DNA of 25,876 nt from Nitrospinota bacterium (GCA_016176845.1 JACOWJ010000016.1:1-25876), one strand, 5' to 3'; counted from the stretch's first letter, positions 1-7,315 are shown. Made by a program: numbers and translations. Notes: a model not told the origin generated them from the letters alone.

Positions 1-124
1 GCTCGACGGAGACGAGGAGAAGTCAATGGCGAGCGACTACTCCCTCTTCCTGATCCTCAACGCCGACTGGCGGATGCAGACCGTGAAGATACCGCCGGCT
101 CCAGGAAACGCGAGGCTTCTAAGC

Positions 125-994
125 TTACATCCTCCCACCCCGGATGGCCTTTCCCAGGTTGAAGATGGGCAGGAAAAGGCAGATCAGAATGATCCCCACA
201 AGGCCCCCCACCAGGATGATGAGGAGCGGCTCCAGGACGGAGGTGAGGGTGGTGGTGGAGGCCTCCACCTGCTGCTCGTAGAAATCGGCCCCTTTGTTGA
301 GCATTCTCTCCAACTCTCCGGCTTCCTCTCCCGAGTAAATCAGTTGGATGAGGGTCTCCGGAAAGATCCCCTCGGCCCTGAAGGAGTCGGCGATCGAGCT
401 CCCGTTCCGGATGGCATCGATGCTGTTCAGGATGGCCCTCTCCACCACCCGATTCCCACTCGTCTGGCTCACCAACCTCAGGGCCTCCAGGAGGGCCCGG
501 CCCAAGACAAGGTCCCGGATCTCCTGCCTCATCTCCAGCATCTCGATGATCGCCGTGCGTCCGTAATATCCCGTGTTCTTGCACCGACGGCAGCCGGTTC
601 CCCGGTAGAAGAGGACCTCTCCCCCCTCATCGGGCCTGAGCCCCAAGCTGGCGAGCAGTTCCTGGGAAGGGACGAAGGGCTCTCGACAGGAGGGACAGAC
701 CACCCGCACCAGCCTCTGGGCCACCGCCAGGCTTAGGGACGAGCAGACCAGGAAGGGCTCGATCCCCATGTTGATCAGGCGGATCACGGTGCCGACGGCG
801 TCGTTGGCGTGCAGGGTACTGAGGACCAGGTGGCCCGTCAATGCCGAGCGGATGGCCATCTCTGCCGTCTCCAGATCTCGGATCTCCCCCACCATGATGA
901 TGTCAGGGTCCTGACGCAGGATGTGACGCAGGCCGTTGGCGAAGGTGAGGCCAATGCCGGGCCGGCCCTGGAGGCGATCACCGGGCTGATCTCA
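125..994 (-). pseudogene. gspE: Remnant of a GspE/PilB-family secretion ATPase (Asp-box/His-box through the tetracysteine C-terminus) fused in frame to the C-terminal repeat domain of a GspF/PilC-family platform protein. Walker A and the N2 domain are missing, and an in-frame stop lies at 992-994 just upstream.
   Basis: Minus-strand translation gives ...[52 protein letters not shown]..., the GspE Asp/His boxes. CPSC...CRRC is the tetracysteine motif, followed by [13 protein letters not shown]. The same frame then reads straight on into [21 protein letters not shown]...[24 protein letters not shown]...[27 protein letters not shown], which is typical GspF/PilC C-terminal sequence. No GPTGSGKT Walker A is present anywhere. 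Confidence 0.6.
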
Positions 995-1018
995 CAGCCT
1001 GTCAGCGCCTTCAGGGAA

Positions 1019-1384
1019 TCAATGGCCAGGGATGTCAAAGGGATCCGCCATGGCCAGGCTGAGCCGCCTTCCCTCCCGGGAGAGGGGGAAGACCTGGTAA
1101 CGGTGCAAGAGCTGCTCGGGGAGGAAGGAAAGCAGCGCGGGGTCTATCTCACCCACACCCCTCTCGAGGTCCAGGCAAGGGATGCCCAATTGAGCCCCTA
1201 ACAGCCGCATGATCGCCATCTCCGAGGCGAAGCCGAGACTCACGATAATCTCTCCCAGCCGCCCCCCTTTTCTCCTCTGCTCGTCCAGGGCCATCTTGAG
1301 CTGATCCTCGGTGACCAGTCCCTCCGCCAGCAGCAGATTCCCCAGCTGGTCATAGCCCAACCGGTATCCGTATCCCTTGCTCAT
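1019..1384 (-). pseudogene. gspE: Detached N-terminal (T2SSE_N/N1) domain ORF of the same GspE/PilB-family ATPase. It is separated from the ATPase core by a frameshift and by a deletion of roughly 200 codons.
   Basis: The 121-aa ORF reads MSKGYGYRLGYDQLGNLLLAEGLVTEDQLKMALDEQRRKGG...LSLAMADPFDIPGH. The continuation [22 protein letters not shown] lies in a different minus frame (ORF 838..1038) and runs directly into IGLTFA of the ATPase core. Confidence 0.6.
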
Positions 1385-1402
1385 CTGTGTCCATCCTTGT
1401 CC

Positions 1403-1503
1403 ATTTGTGTCAACTTAACTCCTCTGGGAACGCGGGCGTCCCGCCCGCAAAGAGCGGCCAAGATGGCCGCGCTCCCAGCACCAACCTTAAGTTGACACAA
1501 ATG
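1403..1503 (-). mobile_element. MITE-like 101-bp element, copy A, in inverted orientation relative to copies B and C. It has 16-17-bp terminal inverted repeats and is flanked by a perfect 10-bp direct repeat ATCCTTGTCC (1393-1402 and 1504-1513).
   Basis: The element runs atttgtgtcaacttaa...ttaagttgacacaaatg. Its reverse complement aligns along its whole length with 2071-2171 and 13766-13866. The internal sequence is GC-rich and palindromic (cctgggagcgcggcc...ggccgc...gcgttcccagg). Confidence 0.75.
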
Positions 1504-1735
1504 ATCCTTGTCCGTCAAAATGGAGCTGAAAGCTCTTGACACGAAAAAGGAAATTCCTATACCTTTCAATTAACATTCTTTTAAGAAGGTCTGTATGATA
1601 TCTTGCCATATCCTCGATTTGGTTCTCGAAAAATCTAGCAACCAATTTAAAGATATCTTCATAAGCTGAATATAGATTGTGAAGCTTATAGGCCAAATTA
1701 ATAGTTAAATCTTCATTATAAATATCGCTTTTCAA
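1487..1735 (-). CDS. Small ORF of 82 codons with a TTG start, anomalously AT-rich. It is a candidate toxin partner of the upstream AbrB-type antitoxin. Its family was not recognised.
   Basis: The ORF lies 26 nt downstream of the antitoxin and is co-directional with it. GC is about 30% in a window that is otherwise about 60% or more; an 82-codon open frame is unexpected in such AT-rich DNA. The 3' end, including the stop codon, lies inside MITE copy A, so the native C-terminus is uncertain. There is no ATG start and no strong SD. The protein is MKSDIYNEDLTINLAYKLHNLYSAYEDIFKLVARFFENQIEDMARYHTDLLKRMLIERYRNFLFRVKSF... Confidence 0.3.
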   Translation of the reverse strand: MKSDIYNEDLTINLAYKLHNLYSAYEDIFKLVARFFENQIEDMARYHTDLLKRMLIERYRNFLFRVKSFQLHFDGQGSFVST

Positions 1736-1761
1736 TGTCGCAATTTTTTTCTCTATAGATC

Positions 1762-1995
1762 TCAGTCACGCTCGGCCGCTTCCCTCCGATCCTTTAGAAG
1801 GGCCTGGAGAAGGGAGGTCTCCCCCTTCAGGATCCCCCGAGATCCCTCAATGGGGTCCTCCATCAAAGGCCGAAGAACGATCACTCCGCCCTCGTCCACA
1901 ATGCTGACCTTGCTTCCCTTCCTGATCCCATACCTTTCTCGGATCTCGGCCGGAATGACCACTTGCCCCTTGGCAGTAGTGATTGATATGGTCAT
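1762..1995 (-). CDS. AbrB/MazE/SpoVT-family (swapped-hairpin) antitoxin-like DNA-binding protein of 77 aa.
   Basis: MTISITTAKGQVVIPAEIRERYGIRKGSKVSIVDEGGVIVLRP is the canonical AbrB/MazE/VapB N-terminal motif. The sequence GGAGGTG sits 7 nt upstream of the ATG at 1995. The 99-aa ORF on the provided track is an upstream over-extension. Confidence 0.7.
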   Translation of the reverse strand: MTISITTAKGQVVIPAEIRERYGIRKGSKVSIVDEGGVIVLRPLMEDPIEGSRGILKGETSLLQALLKDRREAAERD

Positions 1996-2070
1996 TCTAT
2001 ATACACCTCCTCTAAAGTTACAACTTGCTCCTAGCATATCACCCCGAAGAATCCAGGTCAATTCCTATTC

Positions 2071-2171
2071 ATTCGTGTCAACTTAAGGTTTAATCCTGGG
2101 AGCGCGGCCATCCTGGCCGCTCTTTGCCGGCGGGGACGCCGGCGTTCCCAGGGGTTAGATTGACACGAATG
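2071..2171 (+). mobile_element. MITE-like 101-bp element, copy B. The flanking direct repeat is degenerate (attcctattc / atccatattc).
   Basis: The element runs attcgtgtcaacttaagg...ggggttagattgacacgaatg with the same TIRs and the same length as copies A and C. Confidence 0.75.
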
Positions 2172-2363
2172 ATCCATATTCAGCAAAAGGGAAAAAGGGA
2201 GAAGGTCCGGAAATTTCCGGTTGGTTTTGGCCCGGGATTTTGATAGACTAGGCGGGTCAAACCACCTCGGCCGACGCGGCCAATTTCGTGAGGCATCAGG
2301 GACAAAGGGCGCGATCCGCGGCTCCCTCATGCCCCGCGGCAACTTTCAAGGGAGGGTCAGGAG

Positions 2364-3680
2364 ATGGCTTCAAAGGTCTACTTTATGGACGATCGGGCCT
2401 CCGGCGTGAAGGAGAGCCTGGTGGCCAAGATGCTTACCGTATTCGATGCTGCAGGGCTCGCCGATACCATCAAGCCGGGCGACTCGGTGGCCATCAAGCT
2501 CCACATGGGCGAGTACAACAACACCGCTTACCTCCGGCCCGTTTACGTGCGGGCCCTGGCGGACAAAATCAAGGGCCTGGGCGGGGAGCCCTTCGTGGTG
2601 GATACGACCACGCTGCTGGGCCTCTACGCCTCCCGGGCCACCGCCGTCGATTACCTGAAGACCGCCGCCCGCAACGGCTTCACCATGAGCACGCTGGGCT
2701 GTCCGGTGGTCATTGGCGACGGCTTTATCGGCAACGACGACGTGCGGGTGGACCTGCCCGAAGGTTTCATCCTCCAAGAACAGTACGTGGCCTCCGCCAT
2801 CGCCCTGGCCGACGCCATGATCGCCCTTTCCCACTTTAAGGGCCATCCGGTTGGCACTTACGGCGGGGCGATTAAGAACATCGGCGTTGGCTGTGCCTCG
2901 AAGCGAGGGAAGTACAACCTGCACCTCTCCCGCCACCCGAAATATGGGTTCCACATGCGCCCTCTCTACCCGGAGCGGTGCAAAGGGCGAAATTGCGCCA
3001 CCTGGCAGACTTGCGAGATCTGCTGTCCCGAGGGGGCCATCCAGATCACCGATACCACCATCAATTGGGACCGCAGCAAGTGCCACGGCTGCTTCGCTTG
3101 CGTGGGGGTGCTCCACTGTGGGGCCATCGAGTTCATCCCCGAGTGGTTCGACGCCACCACCGCGGGCATTGCCGATTCAGCCCGGGCCGCCGTCAAGACC
3201 TTCGCTCCCGGCAAGGTGGGCTTCGTTACCCTGGCGATTGATATCGTTCCCTGGTGCGACTGCGTTACCTTCAGCGACCGGCCCATCATTCCCAACATGG
3301 GCGTCTTCGCCTCCTACGACCCGGTGGCCATGGATACCGCTTGCGTCCAGATGGCCCAGCAGTCCGAGGGGATCCTCGGCTCAGCCGCCGAGGAGCACGA
3401 CGTGATGGCCCCCGGCACGATGAAGTTCGCCCACTGCAGCTCCTGGATGCCAGGCGGGGCCAAGAGCGAGGACGTGCAGCTGAACGCCGGGGTTTACAAC
3501 GGACTGGGCAGCAAGGAGTACGAGCTGGTCGAGGTGGGCAAGACGAAGCTCGCTTCCAACTTCCTCTACGCCACGGAACCGCTGACCCCGCGCTTCGGCC
3601 GACACATGAAGGTCCACCCCGTCTTTCCCGCGCAGGGATTCAAGTGGGTCGAGGACGTGGACCTGACGAAAGTAAGATAA
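2364..3680 (+). CDS. DUF362-family iron-sulfur protein. It has the conserved N-terminal domain plus two ferredoxin-like 4Fe-4S cysteine clusters.
   Basis: MASKVYFMDDRASGVKESLVAKMLTVFDAAGLADTIKPGDSVAIKLHMGEYNNTAYLRPVYVRALADKIKGLGGEPFVVDTTTL is DUF362-like. Cysteine clusters are CKGRNCATWQTCEICCPEGAI and CHGCFACVGVLHCGAIEF. GGGAGGG lies 7-8 nt upstream of the ATG. Confidence 0.6.
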   Translation: MASKVYFMDDRASGVKESLVAKMLTVFDAAGLADTIKPGDSVAIKLHMGEYNNTAYLRPVYVRALADKIKGLGGEPFVVDTTTLLGLYASRATAVDYLKTAARNGFTMSTLGCPVVIGDGFIGNDDVRVDLPEGFILQEQYVASAIALADAMIALSHFKGHPVGTYGGAIKNIGVGCASKRGKYNLHLSRHPKYGFHMRPLYPERCKGRNCATWQTCEICCPEGAIQITDTTINWDRSKCHGCFACVGVLHCGAIEFIPEWFDATTAGIADSARAAVKTFAPGKVGFVTLAIDIVPWCDCVTFSDRPIIPNMGVFASYDPVAMDTACVQMAQQSEGILGSAAEEHDVMAPGTMKFAHCSSWMPGGAKSEDVQLNAGVYNGLGSKEYELVEVGKTKLASNFLYATEPLTPRFGRHMKVHPVFPAQGFKWVEDVDLTKVR

Positions 3681-3706
3681 TCCGGGAGATCAGGGGGAGG
3701 AAAGGA

Positions 3707-4948
3707 ATGAAAAAGGAGGAGTTCTACCGAGAGGCCCGCTCCGATATGACGGGCCCCCTCCAGGGGGTCCGGGTATTGGAGGCAACCACCTCCCAGGCCG
3801 GCCCGATTGCCGGGACGGTCCTGGCCGACCTGGGGGCGAATGTGATCAAGATCGATCTGCCGGAGATGGGCGACATCATGCGCCATCTCCCCCCCTTCAT
3901 TGAGGGGGCGCCCAAGCTCAACTCCAGCTGCTACCACCTCAGCATCAACCGCAACAAGAAGAACATCAGCCTGGCGATCAACCGCCCCGCCGGCCAGGAG
4001 GTCTTCCGCAAGCTGGCGGCCAAGATGGACGTCATCGTCCAGAACTTCAAGCCCGGCACGATGGACAAATGGGGCCTGGGCTACGAGGCGATCAAGAAGA
4101 TCAAGCCCGATATCGTCTATGTCTCGGTCTCGGGCTTCGGACAGTTCGGCCCCAACCACCAGAAGCCCGGCTATGACCCCGTGGGGCAGGCGATCGGGGG
4201 ACTGATGAATGTCAACGGCTACGCGGACGGCCCCCCCACGCGCACGGGAAACGCCATGGCCGACAATATCACCGGCTGGCAGGGGGCCATTGGGGCCCTG
4301 GCGGCCCTGCACCATCGACAAATGACCGGAGAGGGTCAGCATGTGGACGTCTGCCTGGTCGATTCCATCCTCTACACCAGCGACTACGGCGTGATGGCCG
4401 CCTCCAACGCGGGTTTCAACTGGAAGCGGATGGGGAGCGGCAACCCGGCCGGCGGCCCCTGCGACGTCTACCGCTGCAAGGACGGCTATGTCTTCATCCT
4501 GGTCCTGATCGATTCTCACCACAAGCGATTCTGGCCGCTCATCGGCCGGCCCGAGCTCTACCAGGACCCCCGGATGCAGACTCCGGTCGCGCGGGCGCAG
4601 AACCTGCCCTTCATCAATCAGGTGGTGGGCGAGTGGACCCAGGACAAGACGGTGGAGGAGGTGGTGCGGCAGCTGGAGGAGGCCCAGCTGGTGGTGACCC
4701 CTATCTTCGATTTCCCCCAGATCGTGCGGAACGAGCACCTGCGGGAGCGGGAGATGGTGACCGAGGTGGAGTACCCCGACGTGGGCAAGCTGACGATCTA
4801 CGGCGTGGCGGCCAAGTTCTCCCGCACCCCGTGCAAGGTCCGAACCCACGCCCCGGCCATCGGCCAGCATAACGAGGAGGTCTTTGGGGAGCTGCTCGAC
4901 CTGGGGGCCGAGGAACTGGCCCAACTGCAGCAAGGGAAGATCATCTAG
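3707..4948 (+). CDS. Family III CoA-transferase (CaiB/BaiF family), paralog 1.
   Basis: GPLQGVRVLEATTSQAGPIAGTVLADLGANVIKID...SINRNKKNISL...DVIVQNFKPGTMDKWGLGYEAIKKIKPDIVYVSVSGFGQFGP...GYDPVGQAIGGLMNVNGYADGPP carries the family III signature, including the catalytic Asp region. The start is the ATG at 3707 with AGGGGGAGG upstream. The 564-aa ORF on the track is a 5' over-extension that overlaps DUF362. Confidence 0.85.
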   Translation: MKKEEFYREARSDMTGPLQGVRVLEATTSQAGPIAGTVLADLGANVIKIDLPEMGDIMRHLPPFIEGAPKLNSSCYHLSINRNKKNISLAINRPAGQEVFRKLAAKMDVIVQNFKPGTMDKWGLGYEAIKKIKPDIVYVSVSGFGQFGPNHQKPGYDPVGQAIGGLMNVNGYADGPPTRTGNAMADNITGWQGAIGALAALHHRQMTGEGQHVDVCLVDSILYTSDYGVMAASNAGFNWKRMGSGNPAGGPCDVYRCKDGYVFILVLIDSHHKRFWPLIGRPELYQDPRMQTPVARAQNLPFINQVVGEWTQDKTVEEVVRQLEEAQLVVTPIFDFPQIVRNEHLREREMVTEVEYPDVGKLTIYGVAAKFSRTPCKVRTHAPAIGQHNEEVFGELLDLGAEELAQLQQGKII

Positions 4949-4978
4949 TACTTAGTTGCGTTAATTCGCGTATAAGAA
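4946..4978. promoter_or_regulatory. Conserved 33-bp motif (tagtRcttagNNgcRttaattcgcgtataNNaa), copy 1. It begins on the stop codon of CoA-transferase 1. Its function is unknown.
   Basis: tagtacttagttgcgttaattcgcgtataagaa matches tagtgcttagcggcattaattcgcgtatacaaa at 14746-14778 at about 28 of 33 positions. Confidence 0.4.
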
Positions 4979-4984
4979 TCCCCA

Positions 4985-5069
4985 TTTCCGTCTAAGCGGG
5001 AATCCAGTATTTCTCTGGATTCCCGCTGGAGTTTACCCCGCACTTGATGCGGGGCAGGAATGACGGAAA
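4985..5069. repeat. REP-like compound palindromic element, copy 1. The core arms are agcgggaatccag / ctggattcccgct, followed by a second hairpin ccccgca...tgcgggg, and the whole is enclosed by tttccgtc...gacggaaa.
   Basis: Inverted repeats are visible in the sequence. The same core (gcgggaatccag, caggaatgac) recurs at 6708-6778. Confidence 0.6.
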
Positions 5070-5378
5070 CCGTCAAAATAACTAACGCTCACTTTTGCAA
5101 ATAAGTACCGCTCCAGAGGAAAAGGTATCCGAATAAACCGCAGAGGGCGCGGAGAGTGCATAGAGAACCCTCTTTCCCTCTTCTCTGCGGCCTCTGCGTT
5201 CTCTGCGGTAAATGGATACTTTTGTTGCGTGGAGTTCAAGCGCTAGCATTCCCCCGCCTCAGAGGAATTTCCTCCCCGGGTGGAAGGCGTGGAGCCCTTC
5301 GCAAAGGTGAGCTGTGGCCCTGTGCGTGGGGAAAGAGAACCCCCTGCAGAGGGCCTCTTCATCTGGAGATCCATATCC

Positions 5379-6623
5379 ATGAGAAAAGAGGAGTTCTACC
5401 GGGAGGCCCTCCCCGACTCCCGGGGGCCGCTGGAGGGGTTCCGGGTCCTGGAGGCCACCAACGTGGCAGCCGGCCCCCTGGCAGGGACCCTGCTGGCCGA
5501 CCTGGGGGCCGAATCGGTGAAGTGCGAGATGCCCGGGAAGGGGGACCTGCTGCGGCAGGTGACCCACTGCCAGGTGGAGGGGCCCTCGGAGCTGGACCGT
5601 AGCGCCTACTACCTGAGCATCAACCGCAACAAGAAGTGCATCACGCTGAACCTGAAGCACCCGGAGGGACAGGAGCTTTTCCGGCGGTTGGCCCGCCACG
5701 TGGATGTGGTGATCGAGAATTTTAAGCCCGGCACCATGGAGGGATGGGGCCTGGGCTACCAGGAGATCCGGAAGGTCAAGCCGGACATCATCTATACCTC
5801 AGTCTCCGGCTACGGCCAGTACGGTCCTTACAGCCATCGGCCGGGCTACGACCATATCGGCCAGGCGATGGGAGGGCTGATGAGCATCACCGGCTACCCC
5901 GACGGGCCTCCCACCAAGACCGGCCACGCCGTCGCGGACAACCTGGGGGGCTGGCAGGGGGCCTTCGGCACGCTGGCCGCCCTGGTCCACCGGATGAAGA
6001 CGGGCCGCGGTCAGCACGTGGACGTGAACCTGGTGGACGCCATCCTCTACACCACCACCTTCGGGATCATGGGCGCCGCCAATGCCGGCTGGCACTGGGA
6101 GCGCTGCGGCAACCGCCATCCGCTTGCCTCCCCCTCCAACACCTTCCCGTGCCGGGACGGCTGGGTGATCATGGCGGTGGCCTCCGACTCCCACTGGGCA
6201 AAGCTCTGCCGGCTGATGGGCCGGGAGGCGCTGATTGCGGATCCCCGCACCGCTTCCCCCGCCCTGCGGGCCGCCAACTGGCAGTTCGTCGAGGGGGAGG
6301 TGGCCGCCTGGACCCAGGGGAATACGGTGGCCGAGGTGGTGGATCGTTTCGAGGAGGCCGGTCTGGTCGCCTCTCCCATCCTCTCCTTCGAGGAGATCGT
6401 GCAGGACCCTCACTTCCGCGAGCGGGAGATGGTGGCTGAAGTAGAGCACCCCACCGCAGGTCCGCTAAAACTCTTCGGTGTGGCTTCCAAGTACTCCCTG
6501 ACGCCGGCCCGGGTCCATGCCCCCGCCCCCCTGTTGGGGCAACATAACGAAGAGGTCTATGGGGGCTGGTTGGAGTTGACTTCGGAAGAGATGGGAAGGC
6601 TCCGAGAGAAAGGGGTCATCTGA
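5379..6623 (+). CDS. Family III CoA-transferase (CaiB/BaiF family), paralog 2.
   Basis: MRKEEFYREALPDSRGPLEGFRVLEATNVAAGPLAGTLLADLGA...SINRNKKCITL...ENFKPGTMEGWGLGYQEIRKVKPDIIYTSVSGYGQYGP...GYDHIGQAMGGLMSITGYPDGPP is clearly paralogous to 3707..4948 along its whole length. ATG is at 5379. The track ORF 5280 is a GTG over-extension. Confidence 0.85.
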   Translation: MRKEEFYREALPDSRGPLEGFRVLEATNVAAGPLAGTLLADLGAESVKCEMPGKGDLLRQVTHCQVEGPSELDRSAYYLSINRNKKCITLNLKHPEGQELFRRLARHVDVVIENFKPGTMEGWGLGYQEIRKVKPDIIYTSVSGYGQYGPYSHRPGYDHIGQAMGGLMSITGYPDGPPTKTGHAVADNLGGWQGAFGTLAALVHRMKTGRGQHVDVNLVDAILYTTTFGIMGAANAGWHWERCGNRHPLASPSNTFPCRDGWVIMAVASDSHWAKLCRLMGREALIADPRTASPALRAANWQFVEGEVAAWTQGNTVAEVVDRFEEAGLVASPILSFEEIVQDPHFREREMVAEVEHPTAGPLKLFGVASKYSLTPARVHAPAPLLGQHNEEVYGGWLELTSEEMGRLREKGVI

Positions 6624-6707
6624 CAGGCCGAGCCCGCCGGACACCATGGGCCCTACTTGCAAGAATTATTTTTTTAGGGACTTTCGAAAAATAGATTGGT
6701 CCGAGTC

Positions 6708-6778
6708 GTCATTCCCGCGAAAGCGGGAATCCAGGCAACTCATATCAAAATCTGGATTCCTGCTTTCGCAGGAATGAC
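6708..6778. repeat. REP-like palindromic element, copy 2. It is a near-perfect 27-bp-arm inverted repeat, gtcattcccgcgaaagcgggaatccag ... ctggattcctgctttcgcaggaatgac. It is the source of spurious 'IPAKAGIQ' / 'IPAFAGMT' ORFs on both strands.
   Basis: Track ORFs 6696..7115(+) and 6740..6937(-) both translate the palindrome arms (VIPAKAGIQ, WIPAFAGMT). Confidence 0.65.
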
Positions 6779-6789
6779 AAACAACGGGC

Positions 6790-6990
6790 TATTGGGGAAG
6801 GAGCCCTCGCTCGTGAAATTGCGCCCCCAAGAGGTGACAGGGGCTATCTCCCCCGAGTCCCAGCCCCTGGTGTCGCTGGTAATTACATGCGTCACCGCGC
6901 CGTTGTTAACCCATTGGACGTCATCCCCGATACGCACTACAATGAGCTGGGGCGCGAAGGAGAAGTCGTTGATCGAGACCCGGGCTGGGG
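6790..6990 (-). pseudogene. Cupredoxin (amicyanin/pseudoazurin-like blue-copper protein) N-terminal fragment. It is truncated just before the Cys-His-Met ligand region by REP-like copy 2.
   Basis: The minus frame reads ...VSINDFSFAPQLIVVRIGDDVQWVNNGAVTHVITSDTRGWDSGEIAPVTSWGRNFTSEGSF and then runs into PNSPLFVIPAKAGIQ, which is the REP element. The pattern F-x-F-x-P-x-x-L-x-V-x-x-GD-x-V-x-W-x-N-x-x-x-x-H-x-V ... F-T-x-x-G-x-[FY] is the cupredoxin signature. The expected downstream C-x-x-H-x-x-x-x-M is absent. Confidence 0.4.
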
Positions 6991-7179
6991 ACGGTGAAAT
7001 CGGCCCGGCTCTCGCTCGGAAGGCCTCCCGAGCCGTCCAAAAGGCGCCCGATGAAGCGGCCTATAGGCTTGACCGAAGTCAACAGTTTTTCGGAGGGTTT
7101 CTCCGAGTCTGGTGAAGCTTTCAGCTTGCCTGTGGCCGATAGATGCGGTATCCTACGGGCAGGGGTAAACTGGTAGTTT

Positions 7180-7276
7180 AATCGCATAGGAATTTCCATT
7201 TTTAAGTGGCTAGAGGCTAGGGGTTTGCAAAAGTTCTTCTTCACTAACCCCTAGTCCCTAATCCCTAACCCCTAAC
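7180..7276 (-). repeat. TAGGG-type palindromic repeat element, copy 1, in minus orientation. It carries the terminal AATGGAAATTCCTATGCGAT module.
   Basis: The reverse complement, ...ttaggggttagggattagggactaggggttagtgaagaagaacttttgcaaacccctagcctctagcc...aaaaatggaaattcctatgcgat, aligns with 10399-10503. Confidence 0.65.
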
Positions 7277-7315
7277 TTGAGAGAGGTTTCGAGGGTTTCG
7301 AGCTTCCAGCGAGCC

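Noticed and set aside
26-736. A 236-aa + strand ORF beginning with a good SD (GAGGAG-N7-ATG).
   Set aside because: Beyond about position 125 it runs antisense to the clearly recognisable gspE/gspF-derived reading frame. The protein is Gly/Pro/His-rich and of low complexity, typical of a spurious antisense ORF in GC-rich DNA. Only the first roughly 30 codons could conceivably be real.
2288-4933. Several long ORFs antisense or out of frame to DUF362 and CoA-transferase 1 (2288..2839, 2370..3116 minus, 2851..3405, 3566..4933 minus, 3900..4205).
   Set aside because: They overlap well-supported genes. Their composition is biased (R, G, P, A, H), as expected for alternative frames at high GC. None shows any recognisable motif.
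3254-4948. A 564-aa ORF on the track that overlaps the 3' end of DUF362.
   Set aside because: The first 150 residues are Arg/Gly/Pro-rich out-of-frame read-through of the DUF362 gene. The real CoA-transferase start is the ATG at 3707, which has an SD.
4946-4978. The 33-bp conserved motif read as a sigma-54 (-24/-12) promoter.
   Set aside because: Copy 2 has GG...GC with 9-nt rather than 10-nt spacing. Copy 1 lacks the GG entirely. It does not fit TGGCAC-N5-TTGC.
5744-6449. ORFs 5744..6439 (+) and 5799..6449 (-) inside CoA-transferase 2, and 5156..5602 / 5259..5699 around its start.
   Set aside because: They are alternative-frame or antisense artefacts of a high-GC gene. They are Gly/Arg/Pro-rich with no motifs.
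6696-7244. ORFs 6696..7115 (+), 6740..6937 (-), 6921..7244 (-) and 6994..7176 (+), annotated by length only.
   Set aside because: The first two begin in or end in the REP-like palindrome and owe their 'VIPAKAGIQ/IPAFAGMT' segments to it. The only protein-like signal in this stretch is the cupredoxin fragment, which is reported separately as a pseudogene.
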